Origin: Thermodesulfobacteriota bacterium
GTDB taxonomy: Bacteria > Desulfobacterota_D > UBA1144 > Nemesobacterales > Nemesobacteraceae
Direction: 5' to 3'
NCBI GenBank assembly: GCA_965197885.1
Contig: OZ240231.1
Location: 1,839,366 to 1,903,365, forward strand
DNA: 64,000 nt
The stretch's first letter is position 1; every line of letters starts with the position of its first letter. The notes beneath the pieces were generated by a model that was not told the DNA's origin, ran no database searches, and saw only the letters and a program-made list of their open reading frames with translations. The position numbers and the translations under genes were made by a program. Below, one piece after another: positions 41,730-50,831 of the stretch.

Positions 41730-42887
41730 TTGAAGATGAGCAGAAAAATCTACAGTGTATCGGAACTCAATTCCTCGATAAAAGGGGCGATTGAACTTGA
41801 GTTCGGCGGGCAGACGATATGGGTTGCGGGAGAGATCTCCGGTTTTAAGGGGCATTACGCAAGCGGCCACTGGTATTTTTCCCTAAAGGATGAGCAAAGC
41901 CAGATCTCCGCTGCCTGCTTCAGAAGGGACAACCAGCAAATAAAGTTCACGCCGGAGAACGGAATGGAAATTATATGCGCTGCTCGCGTGGGGGTTTACG
42001 AGAAAAACGGCGTTTACCAGTTATACGTAAGCGCTATGGAACCGAAAGGAGTGGGTGCCGATGCGCTCGCACTTGAAAGACTCAAGCAAAAGCTTCTGGA
42101 AGAGGGACTTTTTGACGTCTCGAAAAAGCGACCCCTTCCGTTTCTCTCCCGTAAAATAGGGGTTGTTACTTCTCCTTCGGGAGCCGCCGTGAGGGATGTC
42201 ATAAAGGTCGTGTACAGAAGGTCTCCCAATGTTGAGGTGATTATTTCACCCGCGAGCGTTCAGGGAGATGGTGCCCCGGGTGAGATAGTTAAAGCTCTTG
42301 AGAGGCTTTACGGCATGGAAGACCTTGATCTTGTGATCGTAACCAGGGGAGGGGGGTCAAAAGAAGATCTGAGGGCTTTTAACGATGAGTGGGTTGCGAG
42401 GAAAATCGCCGCTTCCCCCTTTCCCGTGATCTCCGCCGTAGGTCATGAAGTGGACGTGACCATAGCCGATCTCGTATCCGACGTGAGGGCGGCCACGCCT
42501 TCAATGGCCGCCGAACTTGCCGTAAAGGAAAAAAGGGAGATTCTCGAAGATCTCGCGCAGTTTCGCCGCAGGCTCGATTTTTCTCTCACAAGCCGCATCG
42601 ATATGTTCTCCATGCAGCTTGACGGACTCGCAAACAGCTTCAAACATCACATGACCTTCCGGATTGAGAATCTTGAACGCCGCATCGAGAATTATTCGGG
42701 AAAACTCACTTCTCTTAACCCTTTCGGTGTTCTCCAGAGGGGGTACGCCATAGTTTCAAAGGAAGAAAGCGGCGAGATAGTGCAGGATTCCCGGACGCTT
42801 GAGCACAAGGAAAAGCTCGTTTTAAGACTCAGCAGAGGCAAGGCGTTTTGCAGCGTTGAGGGGACGGAGAACGAACCGCAGACTTGA
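41730..42887 (+). CDS. xseA: Exodeoxyribonuclease VII large subunit
   Basis: N-terminal OB fold (IWVAGEIS) and the catalytic region VISAVGHEVD. Confidence 0.85.
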   Translation: MKMSRKIYSVSELNSSIKGAIELEFGGQTIWVAGEISGFKGHYASGHWYFSLKDEQSQISAACFRRDNQQIKFTPENGMEIICAARVGVYEKNGVYQLYVSAMEPKGVGADALALERLKQKLLEEGLFDVSKKRPLPFLSRKIGVVTSPSGAAVRDVIKVVYRRSPNVEVIISPASVQGDGAPGEIVKALERLYGMEDLDLVIVTRGGGSKEDLRAFNDEWVARKIAASPFPVISAVGHEVDVTIADLVSDVRAATPSMAAELAVKEKREILEDLAQFRRRLDFSLTSRIDMFSMQLDGLANSFKHHMTFRIENLERRIENYSGKLTSLNPFGVLQRGYAIVSKEESGEIVQDSRTLEHKEKLVLRLSRGKAFCSVEGTENEPQT

Positions 42888-42890
42888 TCT

Positions 42891-43886
42891 TCAGGAGATG
42901 ACCGAAAGGCTCCTAAGCTCGACAACGGATATGTTCTCTGCGAGCAGTCGGGCTCTTGTTTTCTCAGGTGGGGAGACATCCGTAAGTATCAGCCTTATCC
43001 TTCCGCCGAGACCACTTCTGAGGGTTTCCGCCGAACCGTTTTCACCGCAAAGCTTGTTAACTACGTTTTCAATCTCCGCGCCCGGAAGAAAGACCATAAC
43101 CGGCATTATCTCGGGAACATCCGCAAAAAAACCCTCAGCGTCCTCCGCTATGGCCCCCCTAGCCGCGGTCTGCAGGTTAAGCAGATTGGCGAATTTCGAA
43201 AAAGAACCGCTGTGGGGAAGGTAGGAAAACGTCTGGTCCTCGATCGAAACCGCTCCCAAATCCTGTTCCGAGAGGCGCAGAAGATCAAGTATGTCTCCAT
43301 GGGAAAAGCTCTTACTCTCAGCCGGGCCGACTCCCGCGTTGAATATTACAGCCGCTGAGTCTTCTTTTACCGAACTTCCAAGCGCGCTTATTTCGTCCTT
43401 AAGCTTTTTTCTGGCGAGAAAGCCGAATTTTACGACGTTTGAGTAACTGACTGTTTTTTCCTCCACGGGAATCCTTTCATTCACGCTAAGAAAGGCTTTT
43501 TCTATTTTCTCTGCGAGCACGGGGTCGTTAACGAGTCCCCGCGCGTCATCAGCGCTTGCGGAAAGGGAAAAGCAGTTTCCAGCCGAGTTCAGAAGGATCT
43601 CTCTTGCTTCCTTCATGTTCCTTGCTGGCAGGGAGATTCCTCCGAGCGTTAATACAGCCAGTTCGAAGAAAAGACACTCCAGAGTGTTGGGAGAGAGAAC
43701 AACAATTCTGCTTCCGGTGGAGAACCCCGAATTCAGAAGAAAACAGGCTATACTTTCAACCTCGGTTGAAAGATCGGGCCAGGTGATTTGTTTCCAGCTC
43801 CACCCGTCTTTTTTCTGAAACAGCAGCCTTGAGCCGTTTTCCTTTGTCTTTTGTGCAAGAAAATTATGGAAATTCCTTTGGTTCAT
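42891..43886 (-). CDS. AMP-binding (adenylate-forming) domain-like protein, short and degenerate
   Basis: N-terminal half resembles acyl-CoA synthetase (WKQITWPDL, SPNTLE), but the core adenylation motif is degenerate and the protein is only 331 aa. Confidence 0.4.
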   Translation of the reverse strand: MNQRNFHNFLAQKTKENGSRLLFQKKDGWSWKQITWPDLSTEVESIACFLLNSGFSTGSRIVVLSPNTLECLFFELAVLTLGGISLPARNMKEAREILLNSAGNCFSLSASADDARGLVNDPVLAEKIEKAFLSVNERIPVEEKTVSYSNVVKFGFLARKKLKDEISALGSSVKEDSAAVIFNAGVGPAESKSFSHGDILDLLRLSEQDLGAVSIEDQTFSYLPHSGSFSKFANLLNLQTAARGAIAEDAEGFFADVPEIMPVMVFLPGAEIENVVNKLCGENGSAETLRSGLGGRIRLILTDVSPPEKTRARLLAENISVVELRSLSVIS

Positions 43887-43973
43887 TGTTCTTCGGACCG
43901 CCTTTACCGGTTGTGATTCGGGTAAAATTAAAAACTATAATTTAACCGGTTTGCGCGCTATGGTGACGAATTT

Positions 43974-45329
43974 ATGAAAAGGGAACTTGATTTTGAGAAG
44001 AAAACTTTCGCGGGGGCACTTGAGATCGTAAAGACCCTCGGGGAAAAGGGGCACGAAGCTTTTTTCGTGGGCGGATGCGTGCGCGACGCCCTGCTTGGTG
44101 TTGCGTGCGACGAGATCGATATAGCCACAAGCGCGACTCCGGAGCAGGTGCAGCAAGCGTTTGAGAAGACCGTGGCCGTGGGGGAGAGCTTCGGCGTGGT
44201 GCTCGTGATAAAAGGAGACATGAAGTTTGAGGTTGCCACTTTCAGGAGGGAGTCAAGATATGGTGACGGAAGACACCCAGAAAGTGTCGACTACACGAAA
44301 AGTGCGGAAGAAGATGTCCGAAGAAGGGATTTTACGATCAACGGCATGTTGTACGACCCGGTTTCGGGAGAGCTTTACGATTATGTGGAAGGCCTTGGGG
44401 ATCTTGAACGTGGATTGGTCAGGACCATAGGGGATCCCGAGAAAAGGTTCGGCGAGGACAGGTTGAGAATGATGAGGGCGGTGCGCTTTACGTCATGTCT
44501 CGGTTTTGAGCTTGACGGGGCGGCGCTTTCGGCCATCCGTGAGGCGGCTTCAGGCATATCTGTTGTAAGCGGAGAGAGAATACGGGAAGAACTCGTTAAG
44601 ATACTTACCCGCCAAAATCCGGGTGCCGGACTCAGTCTTCTGAGCTCCTGCGGTCTTCTTCAGCACTTTCTCCCGGAAGTCGAATGCATGCATGGAGTGC
44701 AGCAGCCTCCTCAGTTCCATCCCGAAGGTGATGTGTTTGACCACACCTGTCTCGTGATGGAGATGCTCTATGGCAACACAGACGGCCGCTACTCTGAGGA
44801 ACTTGCGGTTGCCGCGCTTCTCCATGATGTGGGCAAGCCGCCTACTTACAGCGAATCCGACAGGATAAGGTTCAACGGACATGACAGGGTGGGGGCCAGG
44901 ATGTCGGAGGATATATGCAGGAGGCTCAGATTTTCCAAAAAGCAGATAAAGAGAATTTCCGAGCTTATCCTCGAGCATCTCAAGTTCAAGGACGTTTTCA
45001 ATATGAGAGAAAGTACCCTGAAAAAATTCCTTTCACTTCCGTATTTTGAAGAACATATGCAAATGCATCTTGCCGACTGCATGGCCAGCCACGGGAAAAC
45101 GGACGCCTACGATTTTATCAGGGAAAAGATGGAGGAGTACGGACGGGAGGAAATAAAGCCCCTTCCGCTTCTCGGCGGAGGGGATCTTATAGACCTCGGT
45201 TATTCTCCCGGTCCCGTTTTTTCCGAAATACTGGGACAGGTGGAAGAACTCCAGCTTGAAAACAGGCTTTCCTCAAAGGAAGAGGCTATAGATTTTGTTC
45301 TGAAAAATTATCCCGGCAACAACAGTTAG
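43974..45329 (+). CDS. cca: CCA tRNA nucleotidyltransferase with an HD domain
   Basis: GGCVRD and DIDIAT polymerase-beta motifs, and the HD motif LLHDVGK. Confidence 0.85.
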   Translation: MKRELDFEKKTFAGALEIVKTLGEKGHEAFFVGGCVRDALLGVACDEIDIATSATPEQVQQAFEKTVAVGESFGVVLVIKGDMKFEVATFRRESRYGDGRHPESVDYTKSAEEDVRRRDFTINGMLYDPVSGELYDYVEGLGDLERGLVRTIGDPEKRFGEDRLRMMRAVRFTSCLGFELDGAALSAIREAASGISVVSGERIREELVKILTRQNPGAGLSLLSSCGLLQHFLPEVECMHGVQQPPQFHPEGDVFDHTCLVMEMLYGNTDGRYSEELAVAALLHDVGKPPTYSESDRIRFNGHDRVGARMSEDICRRLRFSKKQIKRISELILEHLKFKDVFNMRESTLKKFLSLPYFEEHMQMHLADCMASHGKTDAYDFIREKMEEYGREEIKPLPLLGGGDLIDLGYSPGPVFSEILGQVEELQLENRLSSKEEAIDFVLKNYPGNNS

Positions 45330-45350
45330 CGGTTATCCTTCAAGCTTCGC

Positions 45351-45530
45351 TCACGATCTGACCTGTAGTGGCAGATTTTCCGGATCAATAGCAAAGGCAG
45401 CGGGATCACCGAGCCATTCGTCCGCATATTCGAATACAGAACTTCGGCCTTGGGGCCTGAAATGGCGTAACAGTCCGACCATGCGTGCACCGTCTGGCCG
45501 ATCAATATGGACTTCAATTGTGTCTGTCAT
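45351..45530 (-). pseudogene. hipA: Truncated HipA toxin gene: only the N-terminal 59 codons remain
   Basis: Frame read by eye as MTDTIEVHIDRPDGARMVGLLRHFRPQGRSSVFEYADEWLGDPAAFAIDPENLPLQVRS, which fits the HipA N-terminal domain pattern (VG.L, F.Y...WL, LPL). ATGA overlap with the upstream XRE gene. The kinase core is absent. Confidence 0.5.
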
Positions 45531-45898
45531 CGGAAAATCCTGTTTTTCCTGCGGCGGGTAGGCATGATTTTCTTGGGCAGATGGTCCTCGTCGAGGTCAA
45601 GACCCAAGGTGTCATTGATGCGATCGGCAACTTGACCGAGGCCTTCTGCGAGACCAAGGATAGCGAGAACTGCCGCGTAGATACCTATCGAGACTGTGGG
45701 GTCGCCCTTTTCAACCTTGTAAAGCGTGGCGCGACTGATAAAGGCGCGTTCCGCCATTGAGACCGTCGAGATACGGCGTTTTTTGCGCGCAACAGCTATA
45801 TCCGCGCCGAGTTTCACTAAAGCTCGCCGGGCTGCCCGAGGAAGCGTTCTTGGTGCTTGTGATTTCATAATTTGTCTTATATTATTACCGATAGACAT
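45527..45898 (-). CDS. hipB: XRE-family HTH regulator (HipB-like antitoxin)
   Basis: HTH motif ISTVSMAERAFISRATLYKVEKG. The start is uncertain: ATG at 45898, 45868, or GTG at 45922. Confidence 0.6.
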   Translation of the reverse strand: MSIGNNIRQIMKSQAPRTLPRAARRALVKLGADIAVARKKRRISTVSMAERAFISRATLYKVEKGDPTVSIGIYAAVLAILGLAEGLGQVADRINDTLGLDLDEDHLPKKIMPTRRRKNRIFR

Positions 45899-45921
45899 TA
45901 GTTTGTCTATTATACAAGACA
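45873..45921. promoter_or_regulatory. Cluster of TGTCT/AGACA half-sites at the hipB 5-prime end (putative HipB operators)
   Basis: TGTCT 45873-77, AGACA 45893-97, TGTCT 45904-08, AGACA 45917-21. They form TGTCT-N8-AGACA and ATAGACA-N6-TGTCTAT palindromes. Confidence 0.45.
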
Positions 45922-46161
45922 CTAAATTAAAAAAAGAGGTTGCGGGTGTGCCGACAAACCTGTGATTACAGTCGGAGCACTTCTTCGCGAAATATGTCTT
46001 TCGGGTAATTTACATAAGATGCATGGCTTGGATGGAAGGCCGGAATCTGCAAATAACGGGTTCTTCTCCCACAACAGGCCATGAACGGAACGGCAGGGAA
46101 TAAAATAAAAGACGGAGAACGACGTATTGTTCCGCTGTTCCCCGTCCTTGTTGTGTATGCG

Positions 46162-46488
46162 TCAGATTTTTCCCTGAAGCAGGAATGCTATCAGCAGGGC
46201 GTAGATTACCAGAGACTCGATCAGGGCGAGACCAATAATCATCGGCGGCTGAATCTTCCCCGAAGCGCCGGGATTTCTTGCTATGCCGTCAAGGGCGCCA
46301 GCCGTTGCGAGCCCTTGTCCTATTCCCGCGCCGCCGGCGGCTATGCCTATTCCTACGCCGGCACCGATGCCAAGCCCCATTTTCGCCATTTCTCCTAGGC
46401 CCCCCTCCGTCGCGGCAACCGCGTCAGGAACGAAAGCGCCCAGCGAAACAAGCGCCGTCAGACCTATAAAAGAAAACAACCTTCTCAT
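46162..46488 (-). CDS. atpE: F0F1 ATP synthase subunit c with an N-terminal signal-like extension
   Basis: Gly-rich helix 1 ([20 protein letters not shown]), ARNP loop and IGLALIESL. It is 108 aa versus the usual ~80. Confidence 0.85.
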   Translation of the reverse strand: MRRLFSFIGLTALVSLGAFVPDAVAATEGGLGEMAKMGLGIGAGVGIGIAAGGAGIGQGLATAGALDGIARNPGASGKIQPPMIIGLALIESLVIYALLIAFLLQGKI

Positions 46489-46528
46489 TTCTTACCTCCT
46501 AGATTTATGTCAATAGTAGAATTAGGTT

Positions 46529-47218
46529 TCATTGTTCATGCGCTTCGGCAAGCGCGATATATATGGTCGAAAGCATAGCGAATATAAAAGCCTGTAGAAA
46601 AGATACGAAAATACCTAGTCCCACAAAAGCCATGGGAATCAATATATGCGTGAGGTTGGTAAATACCCCAAGCACCATGTGGTCGCCCGTTATGTTCATG
46701 AAAAGCCTTAGGGAAAGCGACAGGGGTCTTACGAGATGGCTTACCACCTCGATGATCACCATAAGCGGCGCTAGGAAAATTACCGGGCCCAGAAAATGTT
46801 TCAGGTAACCGAACCCGTGCTCCCTTATTCCGTAGTAGTTGTACACGACGAATATGAGAAGCGAACACGCGACCGTGGTGTTGAGATTTCCGGTCGGCGC
46901 AAGAAAGCCCGGAATCATTCCCAGCAGGTTCGCAAACAATATGAAGAAAAACGACCCGGCTAGAAGCGGGAAGTATTTTTTGGCTTTCTCGCGGGATCCG
47001 AACACGGTTTCAATTGTGGTGAAAAGAAACTCAAGCCCAATGAGTTCGTAGAAAACATTCATCGACGGCTTTTCTTCGGGGATTACGGATTCTTCTTTCG
47101 AGTAATGATTTTTTATCCTCAAGCCCGTAAACAGTATGAACAAAATTACGAGCACTCCGCCCAGAATATGGTCGTATTCTATAAGACCGGCCAGTGAAAA
47201 CCAGCTGAAATGTTCCAT
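46529..47218 (-). CDS. atpB: F0F1 ATP synthase subunit a
   Basis: Conserved LSLSLRLFMNITGDH region containing the essential Arg. Confidence 0.9.
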   Translation of the reverse strand: MEHFSWFSLAGLIEYDHILGGVLVILFILFTGLRIKNHYSKEESVIPEEKPSMNVFYELIGLEFLFTTIETVFGSREKAKKYFPLLAGSFFFILFANLLGMIPGFLAPTGNLNTTVACSLLIFVVYNYYGIREHGFGYLKHFLGPVIFLAPLMVIIEVVSHLVRPLSLSLRLFMNITGDHMVLGVFTNLTHILIPMAFVGLGIFVSFLQAFIFAMLSTIYIALAEAHEQ

Positions 47219-47220
47219 GT

Positions 47221-47562
47221 CTAGCCCTTCAAACCCTTACCTATTATTATTATCATTACGGAAGCTAAGCCTATCATTAAACCATATATATTTAGTTTTG
47301 CAAATAGGAGTAAAACCGCTATTATCGCAAGCAGCGCGAGCAATTTCATAACCAGTATGAATATGGAAAACGCGAGTGAATACCTGTTTTCCGCAAGCGC
47401 TCTTACGACAAATTTTATGGCCACGTAATCCAGCAGAAAAAGTACTCCCGCGACCGCTATGGCCACCGCGACCTCTCTTTCCCCGATGGCGATATTCACG
47501 GCGAAAAGAAGTGCCGTTACGGCCAAAGACAGTTTCTCAACTCCAAGATTAAGATTCTTCAT
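47221..47562 (-). CDS. atpI: ATP synthase protein I-like small membrane protein
   Basis: 113 aa with 3-4 TM segments, immediately upstream of atpB. Confidence 0.45.
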   Translation of the reverse strand: MKNLNLGVEKLSLAVTALLFAVNIAIGEREVAVAIAVAGVLFLLDYVAIKFVVRALAENRYSLAFSIFILVMKLLALLAIIAVLLLFAKLNIYGLMIGLASVMIIIIGKGLKG

Positions 47563-47786
47563 CGTTGCCGTCTTCTCTTTTCTGTCTCAGTTTCAGGGTC
47601 CGCAAAAGCAGGGTCAGTCCCGCTATTACTCCGCACACAAGACCTAGCAGGGTAAAGAAAGGGAAGGCGGTGTCAAGTTTTCCGTCGATATAGTCGCCGA
47701 GGAAGAGCCCCGCTATGACGGAAAAAGCGAACTCAATTCCGATTACAGCGAAAAAAAGCCAGTTAGGATTTCTGATTTTTCTCTCC

Positions 47787-49070
47787 TCAGGAAATTTCCT
47801 TAAGTGAGGTGCGTATGGCTTGAAGCGTCTGGTCTATCTGTTTTTTCGTGTGCGCGGCTGAAACAAATACGCTTTCGAACTGAGACGGGGGAAACATGAC
47901 CCCGTTTTGAAGAAGATTTCTGAAGAAGCTCGCGTACTTTTCGGTATCGCATCCAAGCGCCCCGGCGTAATCCGTGACCCTCTCTGCGGTGAAAAACACG
48001 GTGAACATTGAGCCTACCGAGTTTACGGTGGCGGAGATACCGAGCTCGGCTATTGCCTCCTCTATTCCCGATACCAGAGAGCCGGTTAAGCCCTCCAGGC
48101 GTTTGTAGGTTCTTGCGTTAAGTTCTTTTATGGTCGCAAGCCCCGCCGCCATGGCAAGGGGATTTCCCGACAGGGTTCCCGCCTGGTACATGGGACCTTC
48201 CGGGGAAACCATCCGCATTATTTCCCCGCTTGCACCGTATGCTCCCACCGGAAGCCCTCCTCCTATTATTTTCCCGAGGCAGGTTATGTCCGGGGTTACG
48301 CCGAACAGCGCCTGAGCGCCCCCTCTTGTGAGTCGAAACCCTGTTATGACTTCATCAAAGATAAGAACTGCTCCGTGTTTTTTGCATATCGAACGCAGCT
48401 GTTTGAGGAAGCTTCTTCCCGGGGTTACCACTCCCATGTTCCCAGCCACGGGTTCGATTATCACTCCGGCGATTTTCCGGGGGTACTTCGCGAAAAGCCT
48501 TTCGACGGAACCTATGTCGTTATACCGCGCAAGCAGCGTTCTGTTCACAAACGATTTCGGAACCCCGGCGCTGCTCGGATTACCGAAAGTCGTGGCTCCG
48601 GAACCGGATTTTACAAGCAGAAAATCCGAGTGCCCGTGGTAGCACCCCTCGAACTTGACTATGTATTCCCTCTCGGTGACCGCTCTTGCGAGCCTTATGG
48701 CGCTCATCGTTGCCTCGGTTCCGGAGTTGGTCAGGCGAACCTTTTCAATCGAGGGAAAGCTTCTGGCTATAAGCGTGGCAAGATCCGTTTCCAGTTCGCA
48801 CGGGGCGCCGAAACTGGTTCCAAGAGGAAGCCTTTTCTCAATGGCGCTTACGACCGAGGGGTGTGAGTGACCCAGTATCAGGGGACCCCACGAGGCCACG
48901 TAGTCGATGAACCTGTTGCCGTCCGCGTCATACACGTAAGAACCCTCGGCCCTTGATATGAAAAGGGGAGAACCTCCCACGGCCGCAAAAGACCTCACGG
49001 GACTGTTTACACCGCCCACGAGAACGTTTTTCGCCCTGCGAAAAAGCTTTTCTGAGTTGTCAGTATTCAT
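47787..49070 (-). CDS. hemL: Glutamate-1-semialdehyde 2,1-aminomutase
   Basis: Class III aminotransferase with typical HemL N-terminus (SEKLF..A....GGVNSPVR) and the PLP Lys region. Confidence 0.9.
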   Translation of the reverse strand: MNTDNSEKLFRRAKNVLVGGVNSPVRSFAAVGGSPLFISRAEGSYVYDADGNRFIDYVASWGPLILGHSHPSVVSAIEKRLPLGTSFGAPCELETDLATLIARSFPSIEKVRLTNSGTEATMSAIRLARAVTEREYIVKFEGCYHGHSDFLLVKSGSGATTFGNPSSAGVPKSFVNRTLLARYNDIGSVERLFAKYPRKIAGVIIEPVAGNMGVVTPGRSFLKQLRSICKKHGAVLIFDEVITGFRLTRGGAQALFGVTPDITCLGKIIGGGLPVGAYGASGEIMRMVSPEGPMYQAGTLSGNPLAMAAGLATIKELNARTYKRLEGLTGSLVSGIEEAIAELGISATVNSVGSMFTVFFTAERVTDYAGALGCDTEKYASFFRNLLQNGVMFPPSQFESVFVSAAHTKKQIDQTLQAIRTSLKEIS

Positions 49071-49105
49071 AAGAAACGGTTAGGAGGTGACCACAATTGA
49101 AGTTT

Positions 49106-49921
49106 TTATTCTTCCGGTGCCGACAGGCTCTTTAGGTGTTTTTTCGCCTCGGCGGCCTCGGGCGACTCCGGGTATGCCTCAATCAGGGATTCGAAAAAAA
49201 GACTTGCCTCGTTCGGTTTTTCTATCTCCATAAGAGCGAGTCCCTGGTTGAGCTGGCAAAGAGGGATTTTGGGGCTGGCGGGCCAGGTTTCGATTATGTT
49301 CTGGTATTCGAGTATGGCTTCTTCGTAAAGCTTTTCCCTAAAATAGGAGTCCGCGATAAAGAACATCGCATCTGAAGCCTCATCGCTCCTGGGGGCATTG
49401 GCCAGGTATTTTCTCAGCGTCGCTCTTGCGGCCTCGTAATTACCGTCGGCGAACTCCTTTCGTCCAAGATCGTAGTTCTCCTTGGGATCCTTTTCCACGG
49501 GAGGGGATTTCATTTCGGGTTCCCCGGTTGAACTTTCCTGAGTCTTCGGGGGATCCGTTGCGGGCGGTGTTTCCGGTTTCGGGACTGAGTCTTGGGATAC
49601 AGAGCTTTCTCTCATCGACAATCTGCCCTCTATTGTCTTAAAGCGCTCTTCATTCTGCGTGTGCATTTCTCCTATTATCTGTTCCAGTTCCAGGAGCTTG
49701 TTTTCGAGTTCGAAAGTCTTTTCATTCAGATCCAGTATGTTCTCTTCTTTCTTGACTTCCGCCTTTAGCCAGTCGATATCCTTCTGCGTTTTTTTTAAAG
49801 TCGTTTCAATTTCCCTTTGCCTTGAGTAAAGAAAATCCATGTCTCCTTCCGATGCTACGCACCCGTACATGAACATGGAGCAAAACGATATTGCGGCGAC
49901 GGCCAGATATTTTTTTCTCAT
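49106..49921 (-). CDS. ybgF: Tol-Pal system protein YbgF/CpoB
   Basis: Signal peptide, coiled-coil region and C-terminal TPR repeats. Confidence 0.75.
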   Translation of the reverse strand: MRKKYLAVAAISFCSMFMYGCVASEGDMDFLYSRQREIETTLKKTQKDIDWLKAEVKKEENILDLNEKTFELENKLLELEQIIGEMHTQNEERFKTIEGRLSMRESSVSQDSVPKPETPPATDPPKTQESSTGEPEMKSPPVEKDPKENYDLGRKEFADGNYEAARATLRKYLANAPRSDEASDAMFFIADSYFREKLYEEAILEYQNIIETWPASPKIPLCQLNQGLALMEIEKPNEASLFFESLIEAYPESPEAAEAKKHLKSLSAPEE

Positions 49922-50691
49922 TGGTTGTCTGAAGAATTATCTTTTGAGAGAGCCATGAAGTGTCCACGCCTGTTGCGGCTGTAGGCCTCTTCGGACGTTC
50001 CTTCCTGCCATATTTCCGTCTCTCCCTTGCTGATGGAGTGCAGCATGTCAGGAGACACTCCCCGCCCGATCATGTATTTCTTGATCTCATCCGCTCTTTT
50101 TTTTCCGAGGGACAGGTTGTATTCCTCGGTCCCGCGGGTGTCGCAGAAACCGAAGACAAGGATGAATTTGATTTTGTCCTCATCTTTTTCAAAGACGCTT
50201 ATGTTGCTGTCGATTACCTCCATTGCCTCTTTTGATATCTCCGCTCTGTCGAATTCGAAAAACACGTCCGAAGTGGGAAGGTTAATGAGGTTTTCCCTTG
50301 AGAAGGAGCCGCGGAGCAGGGATTTTCGTCTTTCCTGCGCCTCTTCGTCAAAGCCCTCCATGTAAGTATCTTCCCTGACGGCTCCAACCGCTTGGGTGGC
50401 CCTGAGTTCCGCCTGAGAAAGAATCTCTTCCGCCTCCTCAAGCTCTCCCTTGCTGATCAGATCTTTGGCCAGCTCGAAAAGTTTTTCCGCCTCCTGATAT
50501 TCCCAGGTGTCTTCGGCGTTTTCCGCGCGGGCTTCTTCAAGTTTTTCTGAAACTGCCAGAACCCTGTACTCAACTTCCGTTGAGGGTTCTTCAGGCGGGG
50601 GAGGCGGGGGAGTCTTCTTTGAGCACCCAGAAATGTGCAGAACACCAACGACCAGGAAGAGAAAAGCGACCGCCGGAATTATTTTTTTCAT
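49918..50691 (-). CDS. pal: Peptidoglycan-associated lipoprotein Pal (OmpA-like C-terminal domain)
   Basis: Lipobox LHISGC, Pro-rich linker and OmpA domain (FEFDRAEI, NLSLGKKRA). Confidence 0.85.
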   Translation of the reverse strand: MKKIIPAVAFLFLVVGVLHISGCSKKTPPPPPPEEPSTEVEYRVLAVSEKLEEARAENAEDTWEYQEAEKLFELAKDLISKGELEEAEEILSQAELRATQAVGAVREDTYMEGFDEEAQERRKSLLRGSFSRENLINLPTSDVFFEFDRAEISKEAMEVIDSNISVFEKDEDKIKFILVFGFCDTRGTEEYNLSLGKKRADEIKKYMIGRGVSPDMLHSISKGETEIWQEGTSEEAYSRNRRGHFMALSKDNSSDNQ

Positions 50692-50831
50692 AATAGGATT
50701 TCAGTCTGTTTAAAAGGCGCCGACGCGTTGTTGCGGGTAAACTTAAAAGATCGGGTTACTATAGCACAAGGGGGATGTTTTTTCAATTCTCCCGCAGCAT
50801 TTTTTGCTCGGTATAAAAAAGGAGTTTTCTA

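Noticed and set aside
41535-41730. AT-rich 200-bp segment after abiEii as a possible att site or mobile-element end
   Set aside because: Apart from the short AGATAATGA repeat already noted, it has no inverted terminal repeats and no integrase or tRNA anchor. It is treated only as the island flank.
45326-45517. Track ORF of 63 aa (MKSILIGQ...) on the minus strand
   Set aside because: It is in the wrong frame. The meaningful reading is the ATGA-coupled 59-codon HipA N-terminal fragment at 45351-45530, which is below the track length cutoff.
46278-46516. Two plus-strand ORFs (63 and 77 aa, Ala/Pro-rich) overlapping atpE
   Set aside because: They are antisense to a strongly supported conserved gene. 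Their low-complexity composition is a GC-rich reading-frame artefact.
47563-47790. Possible additional small atp-associated membrane ORF (AtpZ-like) upstream of atpI on the minus strand
   Set aside because: The frame is open and hydrophobic-looking, but there is no plausible start codon or RBS, and no ORF of 60 aa or more in the track. Evidence is insufficient.
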